Assembly: GCA_964019335.1 (NCBI GenBank)
Contig: OZ025681.1
Coordinates: forward strand, 248,001 to 312,000
DNA: 64,000 nucleotides
DNA from: Diplonema japonicum
Lineage: Eukaryota; Protista; Euglenozoa: Diplonemea
Reading direction: 5' to 3'
The notes under the pieces are model-generated. The model was given only the letters and a program-made list of their open reading frames with translations. It was not told the origin of the DNA and made no database searches. Shown in pieces: positions 22,664 through 32,710 of the stretch; the stretch's first letter is position 1, and every line of letters begins with the position of its first letter. The translations under genes were made by a program, and so were the position numbers.

Positions 22664-23380
22664 TCAGCTTAAGGCCCTGAGCTTCATCATCTGCATTTTG
22701 GTTGTGTGCATGCACCGGTCAAGCTCTGCCGATAGATTGTTGCGGTCAGCTTTGCTTTCTTCCAATTGTGCCGTGGCCTGTGCAAGCTGTTTTTCCTTCT
22801 CCTCATTGGATGCCTTCGACTGGTCAAGCTCTGCTGATAGCTTCTTGAGGTCGGCTTTGCTATCTTCCAACTGTGCCTGCATGACGGAGACTAAAGCAGT
22901 GGCCTCTTCCATCCGTATCCTGTAAGCTTTAAGCTGTTCTTCTTTGTTGTCGTTGGATGCCTTTGACTGGTCAAGCTCTGCTGATAGATTGTTGCGGTCA
23001 GCTTTGCTTTCTTCCAATTGTGCCGTGGCCTGTGCAAGCTGTTCTTCTTTGTCCTCACTGGATGCCGACTGGTCAAGCTCTGCCGATAGCTTCTTGAGGT
23101 CGGCTTCCTTCTCTGCCAACTGTGCCTGCATGACGGAAATAAAAGCAGTGGCCTCTTCCATCTGTGTCTTGTACACTACAAGCTCTCTTTTAGATTCCGA
23201 ATTCTCCAGTGCAAGGTTTTTCTCAGCTTGCTCCGAGGCACTTAGCTGGCTCTGCACTTGTGAGTGCAAGGTTGCGAGGTCGGCCCCTTCGTTATCAGAG
23301 AGAAGCGCTGCCACTGACGCCATGACAGCAATCTCATTCTTCACATTTCCGTTGTGGGCCGACCATGCCGCAAGGGGCAT
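22664..23380 (-). CDS. Coiled-coil protein with internal repeats (238 aa)
   Basis: ATG 23380 follows T-tract..ccAG. Repeated KADLKKLSAELDQS / QLAQATAQLEESKAD units. Confidence 0.72.
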   Translation of the reverse strand: MPLAAWSAHNGNVKNEIAVMASVAALLSDNEGADLATLHSQVQSQLSASEQAEKNLALENSESKRELVVYKTQMEEATAFISVMQAQLAEKEADLKKLSAELDQSASSEDKEEQLAQATAQLEESKADRNNLSAELDQSKASNDNKEEQLKAYRIRMEEATALVSVMQAQLEDSKADLKKLSAELDQSKASNEEKEKQLAQATAQLEESKADRNNLSAELDRCMHTTKMQMMKLRALS

Positions 23381-24284
23381 TGTGCTGTTAACCTGGACGG
23401 AAATGCTTAAAAAAAAAAAGAAATGCTGGGGGAGGGGGGGGAGGGGAATAGTCCCATCATCATTTCTTCTCACTTCATGGTGGGCTTACATGGCCGGCCC
23501 CTTTAGTAACTTCAAAGAGTCGTGATATAAAACCATAAACCTTACCGCCTCTCGTTTCCGCATGTTTTACAACCGAGGGCCCAACGCCGTACTTTTTGGC
23601 GGAAATAAACTCTTTTGGTTTCTTTGTTTTCTTTTTTTTTTTTGTTTTTTGTTTTACAGTTTATTCAGAAAGATTGCAATGGGAGTCGGCGGGCTTAAGA
23701 GCGACATATTTGCCCCATCTCAATGTGCACACAGCTAGCTAGGAGAGGTGAGCCTGGACCATCACCACACTGCGCAGTTTACCTACGCAGTATTCGGCAG
23801 TGCCGTTCCGAAAAAAAGACGCGCGGGGGGGAGGGGGGGAGGAGGGGGAAAGGATAGTTTTTTTCCCCCCTCTTTTCTTCTCTCTTTTTTTATCTTTTTT
23901 TTTGGCACAATAACACCTTAAAAGGGGGACAAAAAAAAAAAAAAAAAGCTAGGCTGGGAAAAAAAAAGAGTCGATTGTTGTAGAGCACAGCCGGGGTGTG
24001 ACACTTTTCACACTCCAGTCCTCTACCGGTTGAGGCTTCTCCCGTTGAGTAGTACTCCGTTACGGCAAGAAGCTCAAGCTTCGTAAGGGATGGCAACAGA
24101 CATTTTTGTTTTGTTTGTGCATAGCCGGGGTTAACCTGTAGAGGATAAGCCCAACAATGCTACCACTACTCTTTTTTTTTTTTTTTTTTTTTTGCAAATA
24201 GCAATTTCATTTTCCTTTTTTTTCAAAATTTATTTATAAATTTTGTTCCAACAAAAAAAAAAAAAAAAAAAAAACAACACTTTT

Positions 24285-25415
24285 TTAAAAAACCTTTGTG
24301 AGACACGCCACAGTCTTCCCAACATGGCCCAAGCGGATCGCACGGAAGATGTCAGACCCCGTCGCCTTTACCAGCCCAGATGCAATCATGGCACGAAACA
24401 CCTCTGGGTATGGCATCGCATGTGACAGCGCCGACAACCCATTACAGTCCTTAGCCTGCATATCAAAGCCGGACAGCACTTCACGAGGAAGCGAAAGGAA
24501 TGCCGTCACAGCAACAAGGTTCCCTTCCATTGCGGCTATGTGCAAGGGAGTCCGTTTGTTCTTGTCCACGATGTTGACGTCAGCGTGGTGCTCGACAAGA
24601 ATGTCGTAACACGGGGTTGACAGAGACCGCCCTGTTACATGTAAAGCAGTCTTTCCTGCTATACACTGTGCGTTCAGTGAGGGTGCTGCACCAAGAGATA
24701 ACAATGTTTGAACAGCATCGCCTTTCCCGCATCGTGCTGCGTAGTGCAACGGGGTTTCGCTGTCGTCGCAGAGTGCGTTTAAATCTGCACCGTACGACGC
24801 GAGGCGGCGCAGCATTTCAGAATCGCCTTTTCGTGCAGAATAGTGAGCGGGTGTCCTTGCCCTTGACCCGTGATGGTTCACATTCGCGCCCATTTGTACA
24901 AGGGTGTCAACGACTGAGCAGGACGAGGGTGCATCACCCACCCCGAGGGTAACGTAACCCAATGCGGTTTCCTTGTCGAAATCTGTGCAATTTACGTCTT
25001 CTCCTAATCTTATGAGAATGTCAAGGACGGCAATGTTGTGGGATGCGATTAACGCGCTGGCTAATCTGACGAAAGGAATCGGGTCAGCAATGTACACGAC
25101 TTTCAGTGTGTGGATGTCACCGTTTCTAGCGTGTTCGAGAATTGCTGCGTGGCCTGTTGATAGGCGGCGGCCGAGTACCTCGCGTTCCGCCTCTTCTCGG
25201 GTGGGTTTCCATTTCGCTGTGAATTTGAACTCACCGTCCATTTCTGTCAAGAGGAGGTCCTGTACCGTGACGCCGTCTTCCAGTGCTATCTTGCCGGGGG
25301 TGTAACCGCTTGCGTCGCATATTTTTTGAAGAACTGTTTCAAGGTTGTCGTCTGTCGTGAGCTCCACGTCATATTTTTCTCCGTTTGGAGCGATTGCGTA
25401 AAGGGTAAGGCTCAT
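24285..25415 (-). CDS. Ankyrin-repeat protein with ubiquitin-like N-terminal domain (376 aa)
   Basis: TPAHYSA, TPLHYAA, TALHV and TPLHIAA ankyrin cores. N-terminus MSLTLYAIAPNGEKYDVEL is Ubl-like. Confidence 0.85.
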   Translation of the reverse strand: MSLTLYAIAPNGEKYDVELTTDDNLETVLQKICDASGYTPGKIALEDGVTVQDLLLTEMDGEFKFTAKWKPTREEAEREVLGRRLSTGHAAILEHARNGDIHTLKVVYIADPIPFVRLASALIASHNIAVLDILIRLGEDVNCTDFDKETALGYVTLGVGDAPSSCSVVDTLVQMGANVNHHGSRARTPAHYSARKGDSEMLRRLASYGADLNALCDDSETPLHYAARCGKGDAVQTLLSLGAAPSLNAQCIAGKTALHVTGRSLSTPCYDILVEHHADVNIVDKNKRTPLHIAAMEGNLVAVTAFLSLPREVLSGFDMQAKDCNGLSALSHAMPYPEVFRAMIASGLVKATGSDIFRAIRLGHVGKTVACLTKVF

Positions 25416-26393
25416 TTCTTTTTTTTTTTTTTTTTTGTGTCCCTGTATAAAGTTTTTTTTTTTTTTTCCCTGTTTTTGCGGGGAAATTATTTTAAAAAGC
25501 TTTTTAAAATAAAAGAGAAAGAAAAAAAAGAACGTCGATCGAGGGATGAAAAAAAAAAGAAAAGTGAGGGAAGGAAAAAAAAAAAAAAAAAAAAAGTGAA
25601 AACTGCAAGCTTTTGACTCCTCATGCTCGCCCCCTTGGTTCCTATCGAGATTGATAGAAACCTGGGGGCGGAATTTGAGCATAAGGGGTCAAGTTAGCAC
25701 CCCACCCAAAAGAACAGAAAGAAAAAACAGAGAGGAAAAAAAGCTACAAAAAAAACAATGGGGAACATGGAAAAAAGGGAGGAGGGGGTAACGTAAGTGG
25801 GTTGAGTTTTCTTTTTTTCGTTTTTTTTTTTTTTTTTTTTTTTTTTTTTGTGGTTTTTTTTTTTTTTCTTTTTTTTTTTTTTTTCGCTGGCACGTAGTCG
25901 AATAGATTTATAAAAGAAAAAGGAAAGGAAAGGACAGTCAACGGCCACATTGCTCCTTTTTCTTTTATAATCCATTTTTTAATTTTGGATTGTTTACATG
26001 GAGATTAAAAATACGCAAATGACATGTCATTTTACAACAAGAAAAACAGGAAAGAAAGCAAGAACCTAAAAAAAAGAAGAAGAAAAAAATAGAACTAGGC
26101 CATTTTTTTTTTTTAAATTTTCTTTTTTCTTTTAAATCTCACTTCATCTTTTTTTTTTTTCCCTCCCCCTTTTTTTTTTTGTTCCCGCTAAGAAGAACAA
26201 AAAAAAAAAAAAGAAGAAAAAAAAAAGCTTAGATTAGGAAAAACAAAAAAAAAAATTAAAAAAAAAAAAAGAAAGAAAACGTGGAAAGGGGAAATAAAAA
26301 ACAAAAAGAAACTCTTTTTTTTCGCACAAAGTATTTTTTTTTTTCTTCTTCTTTTCTTTTCTTTCAGAACTCCATCAAATCTGGCAAGTGTTT

Positions 26394-28244
26394 CTATGTG
26401 TTGATGCAGTTTCTGATGTTGTCAATATCATAATCCCACTTTTTGAAGGTTTCCCTGTTCTCCTCAAGGAGCTCCTTCAAGCGGGGGTTCATGTCACGAG
26501 CCTCATCCTTCATAATGTAGCCCCACTTCTGTGCAACGACAAACCACGACGATCTGATGAGCCAGGCAACAATCTCGGGGTCGATGGGATCCCTTGCAAC
26601 ATTCTCAGGCTTCAAAATGTTGAAATCGACACCGAAAGAGCAGAAGTCAGGCTGCCCACCGATTTCATTCTGGAGATCGTTCGTCCAACAATGCTTAACG
26701 GTAGTGTACATGAGAAGGTATTTGCACATCTGCTTCAAATTTGCCAGGTTCTCCGCCTTGTTGGCCTCAGTGATAACCTCATCCTCGGTGATAGGGGTAA
26801 GTGCCACCTTCACACCATTAACCTCAGGATGAGGGCTACTTGTCTTGTTGACCTCATTGGAATCGGTGTAGAGCCCCTCGTGCTTGTCCTCGAAGAAGGG
26901 GACAGCACGCTTGATAAGTTCGTCGGACATACGCTTGACTTCGATCCAGTTCTCAATGATGCCCTCCTCGTTCTTCTGGAAGTACTCATTCACGTACTGG
27001 TCGAGGATATCCCAGTACTTCTGCTGGATGAACGCGAAACGGTGCTCTTTGTGGAGCGGTTTTCTGGGAGACCAACCGTGCCAGTTGTTCTGCCCGAATG
27101 CCTGCCTTGTTGCCCTGGCAACTGCTTCCGGCGTCGCGGCCGATGTTGCGGGGACCAGCCCCTCAGGGTCGGTCATCAACGGGTCCGCCTCCTTGTTGAT
27201 GGACACCGTTCCGTAGAAATGCGGGAACAGAAGCTCGTACAGCGGGTTCTTCCTCACGTGCCTCATGAAGGGGAGGATGAACTGCTCCACGTTGTAATGG
27301 AAGTTTCCAATATGCCCGTATGCCTCGCCGAAGAAGAAGTAGTTGATCCTCCACAGTTTCTTCACGTTGTCCCAAAGCCCTGGGGTGTCCGCGCAGTTCG
27401 CGGCAGTGTACGTCTTGGTCGGGGCCTTCAAGGCATCGTGGGGTGCCACGTAACCAGTTCTCTCCGTCACGTCGATGGAGTGCAGCGACAGCTTGCCTTC
27501 TCCGTCCACATTGAAGTATGCCGTTGTGTCCGGTGCGTACCTCTTTCCGTTCTGCTGCAGGCCGTCCCATGAGAACTCCACGAAATACCTCCCATCGTCT
27601 GTCTTCTTGAACATGCACGGGTAGAATCCGTTTGTGGCGAGGTAGACCAAGAACTCGTCTGAGCGGGGGTTCTCGCCCCTAGCCTCCATTTCCATGGTCT
27701 CGTTGGGCGGGAAGCCGGTCAAACGGTTCTTCGTCTGCACGACTGCGCACATGTTGATCACCTGATTGCGTTCCCAACGTTGCTTCTGGGCCAAGGGGAA
27801 ACCTCGCTTGGGGTCGATCAGAAGCCTTGGGGTGTACGAGTCCTCTTCCGGACGGTATTCCCAGAACTTCACCTCGACCTCACCGAAGTCGTAATCGTAG
27901 TTGACATTGCTCTGCCGATGGGACTTGAACCCGGGGACGGCAAGTTCCTTCTCTACTACCTGGCCTTTCTTGTACACCGGGACCTTGGTGTACAGGGCGA
28001 GCTCCAGGTCGGGACGGTCGTTGTACCCTGCCTTGTCGTCGTCGTACTTGATCTCGAAGTACCCGTCAAGGTCAGTGTAGCCCACCTCAAGAAGGTCGTT
28101 CGAGGAGAGCGTGTCATGGTCATAGAGCTTCACCTTCAGGTTGTGGATGGGGATCGTCTGCCCGTTGTTCATCTCCTTGTCGAAGATGAGGCGGCCGGTC
28201 GCCGTCCTCATCACATGGCGCATTTGGCGTGATAGATTCAACAT
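26394..28244 (-). CDS. Lipoxygenase with a transthyretin-like N-terminal domain (616 aa)
   Basis: Metal-ligand motifs HIGNFHYNVEQF..NPLYELLFPHFYGTVSIN, KHCWTND, and LOX-like C-terminus IRNCINT. Confidence 0.85.
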   Translation of the reverse strand: MLNLSRQMRHVMRTATGRLIFDKEMNNGQTIPIHNLKVKLYDHDTLSSNDLLEVGYTDLDGYFEIKYDDDKAGYNDRPDLELALYTKVPVYKKGQVVEKELAVPGFKSHRQSNVNYDYDFGEVEVKFWEYRPEEDSYTPRLLIDPKRGFPLAQKQRWERNQVINMCAVVQTKNRLTGFPPNETMEMEARGENPRSDEFLVYLATNGFYPCMFKKTDDGRYFVEFSWDGLQQNGKRYAPDTTAYFNVDGEGKLSLHSIDVTERTGYVAPHDALKAPTKTYTAANCADTPGLWDNVKKLWRINYFFFGEAYGHIGNFHYNVEQFILPFMRHVRKNPLYELLFPHFYGTVSINKEADPLMTDPEGLVPATSAATPEAVARATRQAFGQNNWHGWSPRKPLHKEHRFAFIQQKYWDILDQYVNEYFQKNEEGIIENWIEVKRMSDELIKRAVPFFEDKHEGLYTDSNEVNKTSSPHPEVNGVKVALTPITEDEVITEANKAENLANLKQMCKYLLMYTTVKHCWTNDLQNEIGGQPDFCSFGVDFNILKPENVARDPIDPEIVAWLIRSSWFVVAQKWGYIMKDEARDMNPRLKELLEENRETFKKWDYDIDNIRNCINT

Positions 28245-29147
28245 CTTTTTTTTTTTCTCTCTCAGAGATTTCTCTTTTTTTTTTTTTTGTGTGTGGTGTT
28301 TTTATGCGGTCAGGAAAGAAAAAGAAGAAGAAAAAAAAGAAAGAAGAATATTGAGGGAAAAGTGGTTTTTTTTTTTTCCCCCCTTTCAAAATTTTTTTTT
28401 TCTGTTGGCGAGATTTAAAAAAAAAAAAAAAAAAAGAATGCCCAACAACCACTATTCTTTTTTAGCACTAACAATTCATTATCAATAGAGCTTCTTCTGC
28501 ATTCCACGTCGTGTCCTTATTGCGTGCGGGGGTGCAACTCAACACCGACGAGGAGGTCAACATCAACAGCGACACCACGTCTGATACTTCTATATCTATA
28601 TGTGTTATCCCACCACCATAAAAAAAAACAAAAAGGGGGAAAAAAAAAGAATGGCAGTTTTAAGTTGCACATCTCAGTTGTCTTAAAAAAAAAAAACTAA
28701 TTTGTTGGCATAGGGTAGATTCGTGCACAAAAAAAAAAAAAAAATGGGGCTTTGATTGCAACACTAGGTGGCGTTAAGCGTGCAACGAAGCACGAACTAC
28801 CTACTTGATATTGAGGGCGCTCCTCGGCCGAGCAGTAGCTTCTTCTGCGTTCCGCGTCGTGTCCTTAATGCGTGCGGTGTGCTCAACCCTAGCCGGGGCG
28901 TCCCGGGTAACCAAGATTCTGCGCTCGTGCAGTTTGCTGCCTGTTCGTCACCCTGAGCATCTGCGTTACGTTCTTCCACTCGGGTGCTACCGGTGATGAC
29001 CGACGAGGAGGTCAACAGCGAACAACACATCTGATGTACTTCTTATATTTCCATGTTATCCCCACCACCTGAAAAAAGGCCCGCACCCAAAAAAAGAAAA
29101 AGAAAAATGGAGCACCAAAAAGCTTATCTTTCTTAACCGTTTTTTCA

Positions 29148-30647
29148 TCATTGTGGTGTATTGACTCTGTCCCAATAGGCTTGCACTCCCCGAGCGGCCT
29201 CTAGTTTGTTCAAAGCGGTGATGAAGTTTTTCATATTGCTTTCGTCGTCAGACGGAACGCAGGCCTCTGCCACGGACCGCGCGGTGGCAGCGACCTTGGC
29301 CTTTAACCTCTCGGAGAACTCTTCATCAGCGGTGGAGAGGATCGCTTTTTCGAGGCTGTCAATCAGAATCTGGGCCTGTTCCATGTTTGTAGTCAAGAGA
29401 CGTTGGTCCTCTTCCTCTTCATCTTCAAAGTCGCCCGCCAAAGGGATATCGTTGGAAACATTGAGCATCTGCTGCTGTCTGAAATAATACACTGTTTGGT
29501 CAGCAAGGGTGTTGATGTACACTGTGCGAAGCACGCTCATCTCCCTTTCGACGGCTTCCTTCTCCTCTTTAATGGTGCTCATGGTGCTGGTATGCGATGC
29601 CTCATACTGCGTTTTACCCTTTTCAACGCTCTTAGTGAGCTCCTCGCGAAGCCTTTCTACCTCCTCAGTTAAAACCACTTCGTGGCTCATATCCCGCGTC
29701 CTCTTAGCAACCTCGCTGTTTGGTTCGATTTTCTGTTTGTTCTCCGCGATCTCTGCTTCGATTTGTTCCAAGCTGGCTTTCATTTTCCGTTGCTGTTCCG
29801 GCCGTTCCCGTCGAACCTCATAGGACTGTTTGTATAAATCACGTAAATACGCTGTTTTCTCGGTTATCTCCCTGACGGTGAGGGTTATTTCCGAGGCGAT
29901 TGCGTTTTGTTTAAGGTCCAGCTTCGCAAGCTTATCATTCCCGGAACGAATGTGAGCAAGCCTCGCCTCTTCGAGCCTCCGCATTGTGGTGACAATCGGT
30001 GAGTAGGCCGCAGACGTGACACGGTCATGCTTCTGTTGCGGCATTGGTGTTATCTTTTTAATATTGTCGAGAAGACAATTAAGTTTGCCCATTGTGCGGG
30101 TGAAGTGGTCGGTTTGCTCGCTTTGCTTCTCGTTGATGGTGTCGAGCAGCGATTGATGGCGTTTAGCGATCAGTTCATGTTCGGAAAGAAAGTCACACAC
30201 CACCTGCCTGGGTCCGGCATCGTCAACAACTTCTCGTTTAAGTCCTATTGTCACAGTATGCGGTATGATAGAGGTCGTCTTTCCCTGTATTTCAAGAAGA
30301 CCTTCAGCACGAACACCACCCTGGCAGACGGTGTGCAGTGTTTCTATCGCTGTCTGAACAGATGTCACAGCGTCCTTCACGGGTTGAGCTTCTTTGGTGT
30401 CAAGGTTTTCGGTTCTGTTGATCATGACGTGGGTTTCTCTGCTCACCTTTGAGATGATTTCGTCTAGAGGCACCCAACCAGTCTTGGTCTTGCCTGTGTG
30501 GTGGGTTGCGTGTTGGGTTAACCATTCTGGTGTGGTGTCCTCGATGGGCCTCATGTCATTGAGGCTGCTTGAGATGTTGCAGAGGGCGTTGTTTGCCAGC
30601 AGAATGGTCGGCCGTTGGTCTTGTGCGGTGGGCTTCGTTGTCGTCAT
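29148..30647 (-). CDS. Hypothetical coiled-coil protein (499 aa)
   Basis: Long ORF with coding-like composition, alpha-helical character, no recognised motif. Confidence 0.75.
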   Translation of the reverse strand: MTTTKPTAQDQRPTILLANNALCNISSSLNDMRPIEDTTPEWLTQHATHHTGKTKTGWVPLDEIISKVSRETHVMINRTENLDTKEAQPVKDAVTSVQTAIETLHTVCQGGVRAEGLLEIQGKTTSIIPHTVTIGLKREVVDDAGPRQVVCDFLSEHELIAKRHQSLLDTINEKQSEQTDHFTRTMGKLNCLLDNIKKITPMPQQKHDRVTSAAYSPIVTTMRRLEEARLAHIRSGNDKLAKLDLKQNAIASEITLTVREITEKTAYLRDLYKQSYEVRRERPEQQRKMKASLEQIEAEIAENKQKIEPNSEVAKRTRDMSHEVVLTEEVERLREELTKSVEKGKTQYEASHTSTMSTIKEEKEAVEREMSVLRTVYINTLADQTVYYFRQQQMLNVSNDIPLAGDFEDEEEEDQRLLTTNMEQAQILIDSLEKAILSTADEEFSERLKAKVAATARSVAEACVPSDDESNMKNFITALNKLEAARGVQAYWDRVNTPQ

Positions 30648-31698
30648 TTCTTTTTTTTTTTTTTTCTCCCTCCCCCCTTTTTTTTTTCATTGTTGTTGTT
30701 GTTTTCTTTATTCTTTTTTTGAAAATGTGCGTAAATTCGAGTCGAATGCTCTCTTTTTTCTTTTTTTTCTTTTTTTTTTTTTTGCCAAACAAACTATCTG
30801 TCGACGTCAGCTCGTCAAAGCAGGGATGTGCGACAGAAGCCTTCAGCACTAGCAGGCCCCCCACAAACCATCAGCGCACGAGGTCGGAACATGCTGTGAA
30901 GGACCGTTGCTTGAAGACATCAAAGAAAATAAAGGTACCGCAAAGTATTTTTAAATGGGGATAACTAAGTGTCTTTTTTCTTTCCGAGCTAGAAAAAAAA
31001 AAAGGGCAGAGGGGGGGAGGAAAATAAATGGTGAGGGGGTGTCATAGGGGCTTTTTGTGCAGCAGGGCTGATATTTGATTCAAACAGCAAAAAGACGGTT
31101 GGGAAAAACAAGAGAAAAAAGAGGTGTGTGGAGGGAGGAAAGGCTGTAGTTCACATGAACCGGGTAGCAACCTTGAGAAGCTGAGAACCCGTAAACACGT
31201 TTGCCAACGTCCCCTTTTTGTTTAGATGTATGTCAAAGACTCGATCTTCATTAAATGAAATAGAAAAAAACGGGGGTGGGGGGAGTACTTAGCAGTTGTT
31301 TGTATGTAATCGGGAAGTATAGAAACCTAGAGAGGTTTGAACCCGCAAACACGTTGCTAAGGTTTAAAGGACGCGGTATCAAAAAAGAAAAGAGGGGGTG
31401 TGAGGCTGTCAACGTAACTATAATTCACGTATTTTGCCAAAAGAAAACACATTTCCCCCTTTTAAAGAGGGAAGGTATACGCAATAATCCTGTATAATCA
31501 AATGGCCCTTGCTGCTGGGAGAGAGAGAGTAGTTGCTATCTAATACTAAAAAAAAAAACATAAAAGTGAAAGTGGAGCTAAAAAATCGCAAGAAAAAAAA
31601 AAAGAATAAAACCAAGAACAGCTTTTCGAAGAAAGTAGACAGCTTTTAGGAAAAACTCCTGGGTTGATAAAGTCTCTTTCTTTTTTTTTTTTTTTTTT

Positions 31699-31739
<41 letters not shown>

Positions 31740-32710
31740 AGTTCATAATGCTCCTGGAAAGCTAGGAGGAATAAGCAAAATGAGAAGAGGAACGCGGCCT
31801 GTAGTTTGTTTGAACGTTGTGTGCCGGGTAGAAACCTGGAGAAGCTTAACACCCGTAACCACGTCCCCCCTTTGTTTGTTGACAAGTCAGCCAGCCAAAG
31901 ACCTGTTCTTGCAAAAAGATCGTATCTCTCGGCATGTTTCGAATTCAGTTTTCTTTCTCTTAAAATTGTGTCTTTGTTTTTCTTTTTTTCTTTTTTCCCC
32001 TTTTTTTTTTCTCTTGCAAATGAAAAAAAAAAAATCTTTTTAAAAAAAAAAAAAATATATAGACATTTTTTCAGTTTTGTTGCGTGATCCTTCCTTTTTT
32101 TTTGGATGGGGGAAAAAAAAAACAAACAAAAAAAAATTAAAAAAATATGTTTAGACTCCACTTTTTCTTATCATTCTTTTTTCTTCTCTTTTTTTCTTGT
32201 TCGTTTGGGCATACCTGGGTTCAGGAGCCAAATAAAAAAAGGGGGGGAAATATACGGATGACTGAAAATAAAAAAGATTTCTTTTTCTTTTTTTCTTTTT
32301 TTCTTTTTGCGATGGTGGATAAACAACCATGAGATTTCTACTATTTGACTCCTGCATTCTTCATCAGCACTCTGAAAGTAAATTCTTACAAACAGGCAAT
32401 AGAACGTCAGTGAGATTCAGAGTGGAAAAATGACAACAACCCTTTTATCGACCAACTACGTCATCACTAGGAAGGTGGGGGTGAAGGGAGGAATTTACAG
32501 AAGGGTCACCAAAGAGATCCTTGAAGAAAACACCAAGAACAATTCTTTTTTTAAAAGGTTCATCAGTGTGCAGAGTACCCTCGCCGTGTACATTTTAGAT
32601 ATCCAAAGACACTAGCAATATAATAATCGAAACCCTATCGAAAGGGGACTCTTTGCGACAATGCAAAGAAAACTAAAAACATGAAATACCACTCAAAAGA
32701 TAACGCATAC

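Noticed and set aside
25416-25682. Phe/Lys-rich N-terminal ORF extensions here and at 4691-4861, 22247-22333, 23381-23473, 37991-38110
   Set aside because: They are translated homopolymer or polypyrimidine intergenic tracts; the downstream ATGs fit paralogs and signal peptides.
26388-27572. 394-aa plus-strand ORF and similar antisense ORFs over GC3-rich genes
   Set aside because: They fully overlap motif-bearing minus-strand genes and are a codon-bias artefact.
28580-28600. Spliced-leader-like snippets (tatagaagtatcag on minus; aactaacg at 6264 and 9410)
   Set aside because: The matches are short, lack the conserved TTTCTGTACTTTATTG end, and some are on the wrong strand.
32405-32470. Minus-strand GTGATGA...CTGA as a C/D snoRNA
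   Set aside because: Single copy, no terminal stem, and no rRNA guide that I can verify.
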